Assembly: GCA_016192915.1 (NCBI GenBank)
Contig: JACPTF010000010.1
Location: 48,804-112,803 of the forward strand
DNA: 64,000 bases
Reading direction: 5' to 3'
Source: Candidatus Woesearchaeota archaeon
GTDB lineage: Archaea; Nanobdellota; Nanobdellia; Woesearchaeales; UBA10216
Shown here piece after piece: positions 27,754-37,487 of the stretch. Position 1 is the stretch's first letter, and every line of letters begins with the position of its first letter. The position numbers and the translations under genes are program-made. The notes beneath the pieces were generated by a model that was not told where the DNA came from, did no database searches, and saw nothing but the letters and a program-made list of their open reading frames with translations.

Positions 27754-28728
27754 TTAAGCCATTCCCCGCTTTTCAAGATACCATCTCAAAAGGCCAGCAT
27801 TGGTTATCCACGTGTGGATTATGTCAAAAATCATCCCCGCGCTCAAAATGAACATAATCTGCTTTATGGTTTCGGATTCTGCGAAGAAATATCCTGCTAT
27901 AACCGCACAAAATGCCGTGAGGCTCATCATAATACCGGTCTTGACTGCCGACTTTATCCTGTCAAAAAGCTTAAGCTCGCCGCCTTTCAAAGCCCGGACA
28001 GTCAGCAAGATATCAGTGTCAACAGAGTAGCCAATCAGCATGAGGAAAGCGGCAAGGCCAGCAGCCGAGACGTGCATGCCGCTGAATGAAACTACAGCGA
28101 GCGTGCACACTATGTCAACAAATGCCGTCCACACAACGAACGCTCCGGGAAGCCACAGCCACTTCCCGGCAATAATCCTGAAGTATATGAAAACAGCAAC
28201 TGCCATGAAGACGAAAGCCAGTAGCATCCCGATTATCATCTGCCTGAAGAAGCTCTGGCCAAATGTCGCGCCCACCATCTGAACAGTCAGCTCGCCCTTG
28301 TTTACATCCAGCCTGCTGCTTAGGAGATTAAGCAGGGCATCTATGTCTGATTCTGACTCTATATTGGCTTCAACCACAATGCCAACGCTCTTGCCAAGCT
28401 GGGTGAGCTTCCTGACACCAACGTCAGAGCCAGAAAAGTGCTGTGAAAGCTCATTTTCAAGGGCAACATCCTCGCTGAAACCAGTAACTGCAGAAACGCT
28501 TATGCCTCCGCTAAGGGAGATGTCCTTCTTGAAAAAGCTGCCAGTCGAAGAATAAGACATAAGCAGAACAACAACTGCGGCGATTATCACAGCTGCCGGG
28601 ATTATGAGAAGCTTCCTGTACTGCTTGTCGTAGGTGCTGATTACTGAATCTTTAAAACTTCTGTTTTCGCTGTTGCCGCTGATGGTTTTACCGTGCTGTT
28701 GCTGCTGTTCTTTTTGTTCGTCTTCCAT
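27754..28728 (-). CDS. secF: Protein-export membrane protein SecF
   Basis: SecF-like topology and conserved C-terminal TM block. Immediately downstream of secD. Confidence 0.8.
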   Translation of the reverse strand: MEDEQKEQQQQHGKTISGNSENRSFKDSVISTYDKQYRKLLIIPAAVIIAAVVVLLMSYSSTGSFFKKDISLSGGISVSAVTGFSEDVALENELSQHFSGSDVGVRKLTQLGKSVGIVVEANIESESDIDALLNLLSSRLDVNKGELTVQMVGATFGQSFFRQMIIGMLLAFVFMAVAVFIYFRIIAGKWLWLPGAFVVWTAFVDIVCTLAVVSFSGMHVSAAGLAAFLMLIGYSVDTDILLTVRALKGGELKLFDRIKSAVKTGIMMSLTAFCAVIAGYFFAESETIKQIMFILSAGMIFDIIHTWITNAGLLRWYLEKRGMA

Positions 28729-28827
28729 TGCATCAAAGAACTTCCAAGCGCTTAATAAATGTTGCGGAAAACGAATCAGGCTTTGAACAGGCTTAACGTT
28801 TCCTTCCTGAGGCGATCGGTCATTTTC

Positions 28828-30528
28828 TCACACCTTAACCCTGTACTTCCTCTCAACAGCTGCCTTTATCAGACCGTAGTAAAGGGGCGAAGGCTTTTCC
28901 AAGCGGGATTTGTATTCGGGATGGGCCTGCGTTGCCGTAAAGTAAGGATGGGCTGACTGCGGGAGCTCGATAAATTCCACAAGCTTGCCATTTCGGCTGG
29001 TGCCTGAAATGGCCATGCCATGCCTCTCCAGGACTGAATGGTACTTGGGATTGACCTCGTAGCGGTGCCTGTGCCTTTCGACAGCAATGTTGGATTTGTA
29101 TAAATTCGCCACAATAGTCCCTTTTCGCAGTTGAGCTGTTTCTGCGCCCAAACGCATTGTGCCGCCAAGCTCCTTGACTTTCTTCTGTTCAGGAAGAATC
29201 ATCACAACAGGATGGGAGGTTTTCGGGTTGACCTCTGTGGTATTGGCATCTTTAAGACCGCAAATGTTCCTTGCAAATTCGATAACTGCTAATTGAAGCC
29301 CGAAGCACAGGCCAAGGAATGGCACATTTTTCTCTCTCGCATACCTTATCGCAGCTATTTTGCCTTCTACGCCGCGAGCTCCAAAGCCTATGGGTACAAT
29401 TATGGCGTCCATGCTGTGCAGGGCAGAGTCAACTGTTACCTTCCCATCCTCAATATCCGTAGTTTCAATAAATGTTATGTCAACTCCGCAATTGAGGTTG
29501 GCACCGGCATGCCTGATTGCCTCAATTAAGCTTGCATACGAATCGTTGAGGGCAGTGTACTTTCCGCAAATCACGACCTTCACCCTGTATTTTGGCGCTT
29601 TGATGTTTGAAATCAGCCGCCTCCACTCGGTAAGGTCCTTCACAGGGGAAAACCTGAAGTGTTTTGCAAGCAGCGAAAGCATGCCCTGCTCCTCAAACAT
29701 GATTGGGACTTCATAGATTGTTTCAATGTCTTTGCCTGAAATAACAGCCTCTTCAGGGACGTCGCAGAACAATGAAATCTTCTGCTTTGACTCCTTGGAC
29801 AAGTGCTCCTCGCTCCTGCCTATGATTATGTCAGGCAAAATACCCAGGGACCTCAGCGTTTCAACATCCCTCTGTGCAGGCTTGGTTTTCTGCTGCCCGA
29901 TGCTCTTAACAAAAGGAACGTAGCTCAGGTGAATGTACAATATGTTCTCATGGCCGACCTCCTTCTTCAGCTGCCTTGCAGCCTCTATGAACCACGAGTT
30001 CTCAATGTCGCCGATGGTGCCTCCAATCTCAATCAGTACAACATCAGCTTTCTCACTCCTTGCTATCTCAATCCACTTAGCCTTAATCTCATTTGTTATG
30101 TGAGGGATAACCTGGACGGTCTTGCCAAGGAAAAGCCCCTGCCTCTCCTTTTTGATTATTGACTCGAATATCTTGCCTGTTGTCAGGTTCCAGTCCTTCT
30201 TGCAGTTGATGTTGAGAAAGCGCTCGTAATGGCCGAAGTCCATGTCAACCTCGCCGCCGTCTTCAAGCACGAAAACCTCGCCGTGCTCAAACGGGTTCAT
30301 CGTGCCTGGGTCAACATTAAGGTAGCCGTCGCACTTTATTGGCACAATCTTGAAGTTGTGCGAAAGGAGCTTTCCAACAGACGCGGCAGCTGTGCCCTTG
30401 CCCAGGCCGGAAACAACGCCGCCGGTAACTATAATCCACTTCGTTGCAGCCGCCTTTCCGGATGAGCCAGAATCATGTGGGTGCCGCTGTGAAACCTTCC
30501 CTTTTCCAGAGGTTTTCCTTGTCGGCAT
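28828..30528 (-). CDS. pyrG: CTP synthase
   Basis: IIVTGGVVSGLGKG synthetase N-terminus. C-terminal class-I glutamine amidotransferase domain with GLCFGLQ. Confidence 0.9.
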   Translation of the reverse strand: MPTRKTSGKGKVSQRHPHDSGSSGKAAATKWIIVTGGVVSGLGKGTAAASVGKLLSHNFKIVPIKCDGYLNVDPGTMNPFEHGEVFVLEDGGEVDMDFGHYERFLNINCKKDWNLTTGKIFESIIKKERQGLFLGKTVQVIPHITNEIKAKWIEIARSEKADVVLIEIGGTIGDIENSWFIEAARQLKKEVGHENILYIHLSYVPFVKSIGQQKTKPAQRDVETLRSLGILPDIIIGRSEEHLSKESKQKISLFCDVPEEAVISGKDIETIYEVPIMFEEQGMLSLLAKHFRFSPVKDLTEWRRLISNIKAPKYRVKVVICGKYTALNDSYASLIEAIRHAGANLNCGVDITFIETTDIEDGKVTVDSALHSMDAIIVPIGFGARGVEGKIAAIRYAREKNVPFLGLCFGLQLAVIEFARNICGLKDANTTEVNPKTSHPVVMILPEQKKVKELGGTMRLGAETAQLRKGTIVANLYKSNIAVERHRHRYEVNPKYHSVLERHGMAISGTSRNGKLVEFIELPQSAHPYFTATQAHPEYKSRLEKPSPLYYGLIKAAVERKYRVKV

Positions 30529-30673
30529 AGCAGGACATAGCTGCAGGTTATATTTAAAGATTTCTTACCACTACGGCCGCGTTGAAAGTCCTGCCAGCGC
30601 CAAGCATCGCTATTGCGATAGGGAAACTAAAACTATTTATACCATTGCCGAAACCTCGGCTGCTGTGATTTTG

Positions 30674-31117
30674 ATGGAAAACAAGGACGCACAGATTGTT
30701 GCAAGAGGCAGCAAGGTGGCTGTTGAGTATATAGGCAAGCTTGAGGACGGCACCGTCTTTGACAGCACAGAAGGCAGGCAGCCGATAGAGTTTGTTGCAG
30801 GCGAAGGGCAGGTCATTAAAGGATTTGACGATGCCATTGTGGGCATGAATAAAGGCGAGCAGAAAAAGATCACAATAACGCCCCACGAAGGCTACGGAAA
30901 CAGGGATGAGAAGCTGAAGCAGGAAGTGCCAAGAAGCGTCTTCCCGCCCGAGATGAAGCTTGAGAAGGGGATTGGATTCAGCTTCAAGACGCCCAAAGGA
31001 GAGCTTATCCACGCAGCCATTGCAGACTCAACGGCTGAGACAGTAACCATTGACATGAACCACCCCCTAGCTGGCAGGAACCTGATATTCGAGCTTAAGG
31101 TTGTCAATATAAGCTAA
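30674..31117 (+). CDS. Short-type FKBP peptidyl-prolyl isomerase (SlyD-like)
   Basis: MENKDAQIVARGSKVAVEYIGKLEDGTVFDST..GEGQVIKGFDDAIVGM. The ORF-track N-terminus (30350-30673) overlaps pyrG antisense and was trimmed. Confidence 0.7.
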   Translation: MENKDAQIVARGSKVAVEYIGKLEDGTVFDSTEGRQPIEFVAGEGQVIKGFDDAIVGMNKGEQKKITITPHEGYGNRDEKLKQEVPRSVFPPEMKLEKGIGFSFKTPKGELIHAAIADSTAETVTIDMNHPLAGRNLIFELKVVNIS

Positions 31118-31141
31118 GTAAGCTAAGAACAGAGCTGGAAA

Positions 31142-31564
31142 ATGAAACACCAACAGCTTGGCAATGCATTCGTTCTGCTGCTTTCAACAGGAGAGAGACT
31201 AATAGAGTCAATAACTGCGTTCTGCAAGGAGAAAAAAATAACTGCAGCCCATTTCACCGCAATAGGCGCTGTGAAAGAGGCTGAGCTTGGATTCTACAAC
31301 CTGGCAGCAAAGGAATACCGCTGGAAGAAAGCCGAGGCAGAGCTTGAGCTCGACAACGCAACAGGAAACGTTGCCCTGTTTGAGGATGAGCCGCTTGTGC
31401 ATGCGCACGCAACTGTTTCTGACAACGAGATGCACGCCTTTGGAGGGCACTTGAAGGAAGCTGTTGTAGGGGCATCATGTGAAATCTTCTTGCAGCCGCT
31501 GCAGGGGAAGCTCGAAAGAAAATACGATGATACGACCGGGCTGAAGCTTATCCATTCTGACTGA
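31142..31564 (+). CDS. PPC-domain (DUF296) DNA-binding-like protein
   Basis: Length and pattern ...ITAAHFTAIGAV..ELGFYN... are typical of the PPC/DUF296 family. Confidence 0.5.
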   Translation: MKHQQLGNAFVLLLSTGERLIESITAFCKEKKITAAHFTAIGAVKEAELGFYNLAAKEYRWKKAEAELELDNATGNVALFEDEPLVHAHATVSDNEMHAFGGHLKEAVVGASCEIFLQPLQGKLERKYDDTTGLKLIHSD

Positions 31565-33305
31565 GCGTTAGCTTTAAATGCGCCTGGTTTGGTGTCGAAC
31601 CTATAGGCTGGGGCTTGGCTTCTGCATGCCTTAAACCTGATTGTTGCAATGCCCGTGCTTGTTCATTCTTCCGGTATATTGTTTTTGGCTCATACGCCCA
31701 GCCATTTTCCAGCCGTCGTGCTTCTCTTTTTATCATGCGGTAAACGTACAGCCCCATTATCGGCGCCAGCAGCCTGGCGCGTGGGCCAAATTCGGCGTAC
31801 AAATCTCTTAAAAGCGTGCTTAACTTATCCGACATTGCCGCGTCATTTTTATACCACTGCTTCGCGCCCCAAACTGCGCCTGCTAACTTGTCCTTGAGGT
31901 CTCCGGCCTCCCGTTCAAACCTTTTCCTGACTCTTGCGTCAGGGTTGTTCTTGTGTTTTTGCCAACCCTGCAGCGTTACCCGTATCATTCGGGTAATGCT
32001 TGGCCCGTTTGCCTCGAAATCACGGCGAAATGCCCGAAGGAGAAATTCAGTTTCCTGGCCGTTATGGATGTGCTTGTGCCTGTAATTGAATTTAAACTGC
32101 CCATGGGTGTCTGCTATGTCGTGTTCCTGATCTGACAGTATGCTTCCGTCACTTGAGTGCAGCTCAAACAGGGCTGTTCCTGGGAGCGGCGTGTAGAGCA
32201 TAAACTGGTGGAATACCGTGTTGTGGCTTACGGCCCACTCAATCGCTTCATCAATGTTTTCGGGCGTGTGGTCTTCAAGTCCAATTATTGTCGACCCTAA
32301 GACCTTAATGCCGTTTTCCTGCAATTCTTTCACAAGCTGCCTTGTATCTATGTCATTCAGCTTCGCATACTGGCTGTTTTTTCCTTCCAGCCCCATCCAT
32401 ACCCAGGAGATTCCAAGCCCCACAAGCTGCTCTATTGTGTAGGATTTCAAAACGCGGGCCGCGCTGAATATGTATAGTGTCCAGCTTTTGTTGTTTTGCC
32501 GCATTAATTCCAACAGCCTCAGTGCCCTTGCCCTGTGCAGTAAAAAGTTTTCATCCAATATGAAAAAGGAGGTGTTTCCAAGCTTTTCCTCAATGCAGCA
32601 CATCTTTGAAAACAGGGCATCTCCAGTCTCGAAGAAATTGATGAACTTTCCCTTGCCACCAAATTTCGCCGAGGTTGCGCAAAAATTGCACCCCACAGGG
32701 CATCCAAGGGATGGCATCAGGGCTGCACAGATGTTCCTTGGCTTTCTCTTGATTTCCATTCCCATGATTCTGAGCCCGAAGTTCATGAACTCAACGGGAT
32801 GGTTCAGGGGCACGTTTTCATCTTCGCCTAAAAAGTGGCGGAACCATCGTATCCCTTCCCCCTTTACGAAATGATCTGCATCGACAAGTTTCTCTATGCC
32901 TGGCTTGTTGGCAAGATGCCCTCCAAGCACAATCGTCGCTTTCGGCAGGTATTTTCGTATTTCCTGGCACATCTTTTTTACCTTGCCGATATTGACCAGT
33001 ATCGAAGTTATTCCGACTATGTCATACTCGTTGTTCTTTATTTCGTCAATAAACCTCTCAAGAACCGGAAAATCCAGCACTGTGCATGGGGAGCTAATGT
33101 TATCCTGAATCATCCTTAATCCAAACGATGGGTGGAACATCCTGATTGAGAAAGGCCCCTGTACCCTGGTGACTTGGTTGTGATAAAGCTCCATTGGGTT
33201 TATTTTCCTGCTTCCATACCCGTCATCTTGCGCGTATGGCCCGAAAACGCTCGACAGTAAGACCCTTGCCTTGGTTCCAAGTGGGTGCACATCACCAGCA
33301 TACAT
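31548..33305 (-). CDS. B12-binding radical SAM protein (class B)
   Basis: N-terminal cobalamin-binding-like domain plus CPVGCNFCA (CxxxCxxC) radical SAM cluster motif. Confidence 0.75.
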   Translation of the reverse strand: MYAGDVHPLGTKARVLLSSVFGPYAQDDGYGSRKINPMELYHNQVTRVQGPFSIRMFHPSFGLRMIQDNISSPCTVLDFPVLERFIDEIKNNEYDIVGITSILVNIGKVKKMCQEIRKYLPKATIVLGGHLANKPGIEKLVDADHFVKGEGIRWFRHFLGEDENVPLNHPVEFMNFGLRIMGMEIKRKPRNICAALMPSLGCPVGCNFCATSAKFGGKGKFINFFETGDALFSKMCCIEEKLGNTSFFILDENFLLHRARALRLLELMRQNNKSWTLYIFSAARVLKSYTIEQLVGLGISWVWMGLEGKNSQYAKLNDIDTRQLVKELQENGIKVLGSTIIGLEDHTPENIDEAIEWAVSHNTVFHQFMLYTPLPGTALFELHSSDGSILSDQEHDIADTHGQFKFNYRHKHIHNGQETEFLLRAFRRDFEANGPSITRMIRVTLQGWQKHKNNPDARVRKRFEREAGDLKDKLAGAVWGAKQWYKNDAAMSDKLSTLLRDLYAEFGPRARLLAPIMGLYVYRMIKREARRLENGWAYEPKTIYRKNEQARALQQSGLRHAEAKPQPIGSTPNQAHLKLTLSQNG

Positions 33306-33419
33306 GTTTATTTCCCTATCAAATCAAATTTTTTGGAGTTTAAAATGTTTTCCAATCCCTGGCAAAATGTGGCATGCAGCAACCTTTTTAAGCTTCAAAT
33401 AGCTCCTGCCCTTTCTGCC

Positions 33420-33785
33420 ATGACTGAGCTGATAGCGTGCCTTGGGGCCGGAAAGGGGACGTGGAACGAGGTTGCAAGGCTGGTTGCCTCAGAATCATGG
33501 AGCAATATATTTCTAATCACGAATGATTTTGGGAAAGAAAACTTTGCCCAGAAGTTTCCAGCGGTAAAGGCGGCATTTGTGGTTGTTGACGACTTCGCAC
33601 CGCCACAGCAATTGGTTGATGGCATAAAGAAAGCGCTTTCAGGAAAGATAGCTGATACTGAAGTAGCGGTCAACATGGCTTCCGGGTCAGGAAACGTGCA
33701 CATGGCACTCATTACAGCCCTGCTGCAGCTCGGGCTGGGAATAAGGTTTGTTGTGCCGTCTGAAGCGGGGGCTAAGGAGCTGTGA
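33420..33785 (+). CDS. Hypothetical protein (start trimmed to MTELIACLGAGKG)
   Basis: ORF with a Gly-rich N-terminal loop. No family assigned. Confidence 0.35.
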   Translation: MTELIACLGAGKGTWNEVARLVASESWSNIFLITNDFGKENFAQKFPAVKAAFVVVDDFAPPQQLVDGIKKALSGKIADTEVAVNMASGSGNVHMALITALLQLGLGIRFVVPSEAGAKEL

Positions 33786-34252
33786 AAATGGTTGACTGGG
33801 CATACACACTTGACCAGATACTGGCTGAGAAGGAGCCGCACTATGCGAAAGCGGCGGATATAGCTTACATGATAAAAGGCTTTACCAGCTCAGTAACTGA
33901 CTACACCTTTCAATTCTTACAGGAACGGCCTCAGTGGTTCGTCGACGGCGTTGATGTTAAGTCCATGAGGAAGTTTTACGAATTTACGCAGCAGGACACG
34001 CTTGAAATCGCAGCTGATGCTGAAGGAATATTCCAGCTGACAAAGCAAGCAGAACCAGTAGTGTGGGCAGAGCTCATACGCAGCTTCCCTGACGCTGTCA
34101 GGGACTACATTAACTGTGTCAGAACGATGATGCAATGCTTCGTGCAGCTGTCATTCAGGGTTGAAGAACCAGCTCTTGTGAATTGGGCGAAAAGGTTTTC
34201 TGAGTTGGCCACAGTAGCGGCGAGGTATGGCGTGGTTGAACTTACTTCGTGA
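33782..34252 (+). CDS. Hypothetical protein
   Basis: ORF overlapping the previous one by 4 nt. Confidence 0.35.
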   Translation: MKMVDWAYTLDQILAEKEPHYAKAADIAYMIKGFTSSVTDYTFQFLQERPQWFVDGVDVKSMRKFYEFTQQDTLEIAADAEGIFQLTKQAEPVVWAELIRSFPDAVRDYINCVRTMMQCFVQLSFRVEEPALVNWAKRFSELATVAARYGVVELTS

Positions 34253-34949
34253 CTATGCCGAGCCACTGGTAAATTGCCTTGTCAGCAGCTTTTGTTAATC
34301 CTTCTTCGTAGCCCTGGATTGTTGCGCAGTTGCCGTCAAGGAAGACGCCTGTTTCGTTTGAGACTTTCAGGTAGATGACTGAGCTGTTCGTTGAGCATGT
34401 GGCAACAGGCCTGTTTGCGCAGGCGTCTGTCACGTTAACAGTGCAGGCTGCAATGACATTCCTTTCAAAAACAGCAGTGAGGACTCTGGCAAAGTTGGCG
34501 GCTCCAATCGCAACAAATGACATGCTCCTGCTTGCCTCTGTAGTGGGGTCATGGGTTATGAAAACCGTTGGCCAAAGCTTGAAGCGGTCATCAACTTTGC
34601 CACTTACAGTTATGTTCTCAACATCCCAAGGGGAGTTCCTGAATTCAATGGTGTAGTTGACGCCGTCGCTGCGCTTCCATTCTGAAACCCAAAAGTCTCC
34701 ATTTTTGGCAAACTCAAAGCCGTTGTAGATGCGCGTTTCAGCACTCTTCTCTGGCTTGCCATTAAACGCGTGTTCCACATATCTCGCCATCAAGAAGCCA
34801 AGGATGACGACAGCAGCAATAACCACAATAGCCTTGATTATTGCCCGTTCGTGGTGGTGGTTTTGCTGATGCTGCGGCTGCTTGCTTTTTCCCTTCACAT
34901 TCTCACCTGTGCCTGTCTCCTTCTCAACTTTGCTTTCTTTATTCATCAT
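34242..34949 (-). CDS. Membrane-anchored (N-terminal TM) extracellular Cys-containing protein, paralogue of the next gene
   Basis: Basic N-terminus followed by a TM helix. C-terminal segment CATIQGYEEGLTKAADKAIYQWLG resembles CIVLNASGIAGFSRAADKLKYAVLG of the neighbouring gene. Confidence 0.45.
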   Translation of the reverse strand: MMNKESKVEKETGTGENVKGKSKQPQHQQNHHHERAIIKAIVVIAAVVILGFLMARYVEHAFNGKPEKSAETRIYNGFEFAKNGDFWVSEWKRSDGVNYTIEFRNSPWDVENITVSGKVDDRFKLWPTVFITHDPTTEASRSMSFVAIGAANFARVLTAVFERNVIAACTVNVTDACANRPVATCSTNSSVIYLKVSNETGVFLDGNCATIQGYEEGLTKAADKAIYQWLGIVTK

Positions 34950-35590
34950 TGATTACCACTAACACTGTTGCCGCTGCCAAGAACGGCATACTTGAGCTTA
35001 TCAGCAGCCCTTGAAAAACCGGCAATGCCAGAAGCATTCAAAACAATGCAATCCGGATTGGATGAGTCAATCCCTAAGGCTGTGTTGTTAGCTTCCTGCA
35101 AAAGAAGCACAGGCACAAACGGGGTTGCGTCATTGCACGATACAATCCTGGTATTTGAGGGGTTGGCTGTTGTGAACCCTGGCTCTACAAAAACACCGTA
35201 TTTTGAGTCAAGAAGGTTGGAAACATCAAACTGAAAGAGTGCCATGTCGTCTGAAAAAGTGCTGTTCCAGTAGTATGTAACTTGAATTGACCTGCTCCCT
35301 GTAATCTTGCCTAAAATATCCGGAGAAACCTCAACGTCGGCAAGGTCCTCAGGCCTGTGAAGGAAATCAATCCTGATGCCATTCAGCTCTGCTGTGTAAA
35401 AGCCCTCAGGGGACTGCTTGAGGATGAGCCCGCCGTAGCGGAAATTCACCCCCTGGCCTGACGGGTTGAGCGAGAAAACAAAGCCCGCAACGCTCATGAG
35501 CATAATCACCCCAACAAAAATGGCAAACCACCTCTTGCCCTTTTCACTATTACCCTTCCTGCCAGCCAAGCGAAACGCCATTTCAAACAA
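34946..35590 (-). CDS. Membrane-anchored extracellular protein, paralogue of 34242..34949
   Basis: Same architecture as the neighbour, with a 4-nt overlap. Confidence 0.45.
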   Translation of the reverse strand: MFEMAFRLAGRKGNSEKGKRWFAIFVGVIMLMSVAGFVFSLNPSGQGVNFRYGGLILKQSPEGFYTAELNGIRIDFLHRPEDLADVEVSPDILGKITGSRSIQVTYYWNSTFSDDMALFQFDVSNLLDSKYGVFVEPGFTTANPSNTRIVSCNDATPFVPVLLLQEANNTALGIDSSNPDCIVLNASGIAGFSRAADKLKYAVLGSGNSVSGNQ

Positions 35591-35674
35591 AGCGCAGTAA
35601 GGGCAGCGTATTTATAGGTTTTGATTAGGTATTGCGCATTGCCATGCCGGCAGCTATTTGCGGCAGCTGCGGCT

Positions 35675-35878
35675 TTACTTAGCCAGTTTAAACGCGGTGT
35701 AAGCCAGAAACACCGACACTATAATAGCCGCCCAGCTCAGCCACATCGGAACCGAAAATGTGCCAATGACTGCCTGCCAGCCAAGAACCGCCCTTAACAG
35801 GTGCAGGACAGCAATTACTGCAAATATGACTCCAACAACTGTAGAAAATGTTTTTTTGTTCATCGCTTTCATCTTCAC
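35675..35878 (-). CDS. Small 2-TM membrane protein
   Basis: Hydrophobic 67-aa ORF. Confidence 0.3.
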   Translation of the reverse strand: MKMKAMNKKTFSTVVGVIFAVIAVLHLLRAVLGWQAVIGTFSVPMWLSWAAIIVSVFLAYTAFKLAK

Positions 35879-35899
35879 ATCACCGCCTTCATTTTTGTT

Positions 35900-37250
35900 G
35901 ATACTCCGCCGCTTGCGGCGATTGAGTTGTTACGTTCCCGGAAACTTTTCGGAAAAAGCACTGGACACTGGACATGTGCCCGGCTAAGGTATTTATAGTT
36001 GTGCTTTTCTGTTGTTGTGTATGATTGGTCGTGCTGTTGCTAAGGTTAAAATCGTCGCTACCAATGAAGTGGTTGCTACTGTTAAGGCTTACGGTAAGGC
36101 TTTGCAGTTCTGCACTAACGCTGCTTGGAGTAACAGGATCAGGAATAATGTTAAGCTTCACCATGTCGTATATAGGGAGCTTAGAGAAACTTATAAGCTT
36201 CCTGCTCAACTTGCAGTTGCCTGTATTAAGCAGGCTTGTGGCATTGTCAAGAGGGCTAAGAGCAAGCCGGTAGTCAAGCGGGCTTCTGTAGGCTACAACT
36301 TCCCACGTTCCGCAAGTCTCAAAGGAAACGTTCTCAGCGTAGTTACACTGAGTGGTAGGCAGAAGTTCAACATCAACATACCTGCTTGCTATGTGGAATA
36401 CTTCAACAATTGGAAATTGACCGAGAGCCTCTTGCGTATCAATAGAAAAGGTAAATGTTTCTTCTTGTTTGGGTTTTCCAAAGAGGTTGCGACCATTAAC
36501 AAAGCTTCGCCAAAAAGTGTTCTTGGCGTTGACCTGGGAGTCAACAACCTCGCTGTCACGAGTGATGGTAGGTTCTACCACTCGCCCAAAGTCAAACAAA
36601 TTAAGAGGAGGTTTAAGCATTTGCGTTCTGTTCTTCAGGCTAAAGGCACTCGCTCTGCCAAGCGGCTTCTTAGGAAGCTGAGTGGAAGGGAGCAACGGTT
36701 TATGGCTTGGGTTAACCACAACGTCAGCAAGAGCATCGTTTCCGATTTTGACGGTGGAAAGGTAGTGTTGGAAAACCTCAAAGGAATACGGAAAGCCAAT
36801 CGTGGAAAGCGTATGAACTCCTGGATAAGCAACTGGAGCTTTTTCCAGCTTCAAAGCTTCATCCAATACAAAGCCGAGCGCGTAGGTGTGGAAGTGGTCA
36901 GGGTTAAGCCTGCCTTCACGTCCAAGCTGTGCCACAAGTGCGGCTTGCTCGGCACTCGCAAATCCGGTTGTTTCTCTTGTTCCCATTGTGGTCTTTCCTC
37001 ATACAGCGCAGACCTTAACGCTGCGCGAAATCTCGCTCATCCCAAGCTGGACGAGCGACAGGCTGTCGTAAACCAGCCGAACGTTTCAAGCTATGAAGCC
37101 AAAGCACCTTTATCGGTGAACTTGAAGGCTGAGCTTAGAGGCAATGCCCCACCGCTTGCGGTGAATGGGTAAGTTTACTTTTTCCTCACTGCACTAAGCC
37201 ACATCATGGTAGACAAGATAACCGTAATAGTGAAAACAGCCCAGACAGCA
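35900..37250 (+). mobile_element. IS200/IS605-family insertion sequence carrying tnpB only (IS1341-like). Boundaries are approximate.
   Basis: Single TnpB ORF with no tnpA. The flanks interrupt the local gene context. Confidence 0.6.
36012..37172 (+). CDS. tnpB: TnpB (IS605 OrfB) RNA-guided nuclease-like transposon protein
   Basis: RuvC-I GVDLGVNNLAVTSDG, a RuvC-II/III region, and C-terminal zinc finger CHKCG...CSHCG. 386 aa. Confidence 0.85.
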   Translation: MLCMIGRAVAKVKIVATNEVVATVKAYGKALQFCTNAAWSNRIRNNVKLHHVVYRELRETYKLPAQLAVACIKQACGIVKRAKSKPVVKRASVGYNFPRSASLKGNVLSVVTLSGRQKFNINIPACYVEYFNNWKLTESLLRINRKGKCFFLFGFSKEVATINKASPKSVLGVDLGVNNLAVTSDGRFYHSPKVKQIKRRFKHLRSVLQAKGTRSAKRLLRKLSGREQRFMAWVNHNVSKSIVSDFDGGKVVLENLKGIRKANRGKRMNSWISNWSFFQLQSFIQYKAERVGVEVVRVKPAFTSKLCHKCGLLGTRKSGCFSCSHCGLSSYSADLNAARNLAHPKLDERQAVVNQPNVSSYEAKAPLSVNLKAELRGNAPPLAVNG

Positions 37251-37420
37251 GGCAGCAGTGGTTTCCAAAAGCCGGCAAAGTAAGAGCCCAAAATAATCCC
37301 GAACGAAATCATTGACAGCTTCAAGGCGCTGAACTGCCACGTTGCCCACCGCACTTTTTTGGTCAGGTGCGCTTTTAAAAAATTCATTGCAGCCGCCACA
37401 GCCGCTGCCATAGTTAACAT
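37175..37420 (-). CDS. Small membrane protein
   Basis: 81-aa hydrophobic ORF. Confidence 0.3.
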   Translation of the reverse strand: MLTMAAAVAAAMNFLKAHLTKKVRWATWQFSALKLSMISFGIILGSYFAGFWKPLLPAVWAVFTITVILSTMMWLSAVRKK

Positions 37421-37487
37421 AGTATATTAATCTTGTGCATTAACCTTTTAAACAGCCTCTTTCTGCCGCTGCCGGTGCAGAAACAAA

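Noticed and set aside
30350-30673. N-terminal 108 codons of the FKBP ORF
   Set aside because: This segment overlaps the pyrG coding region antisense and is Cys/Pro-rich nonsense. The real FKBP starts at MENKDAQ.
35889-36986. 365-aa minus-strand ORF overlapping tnpB
   Set aside because: It lies entirely antisense to the well-supported TnpB gene (RuvC and zinc-finger motifs are on the plus strand), so it is a typical long antisense ORF artefact.
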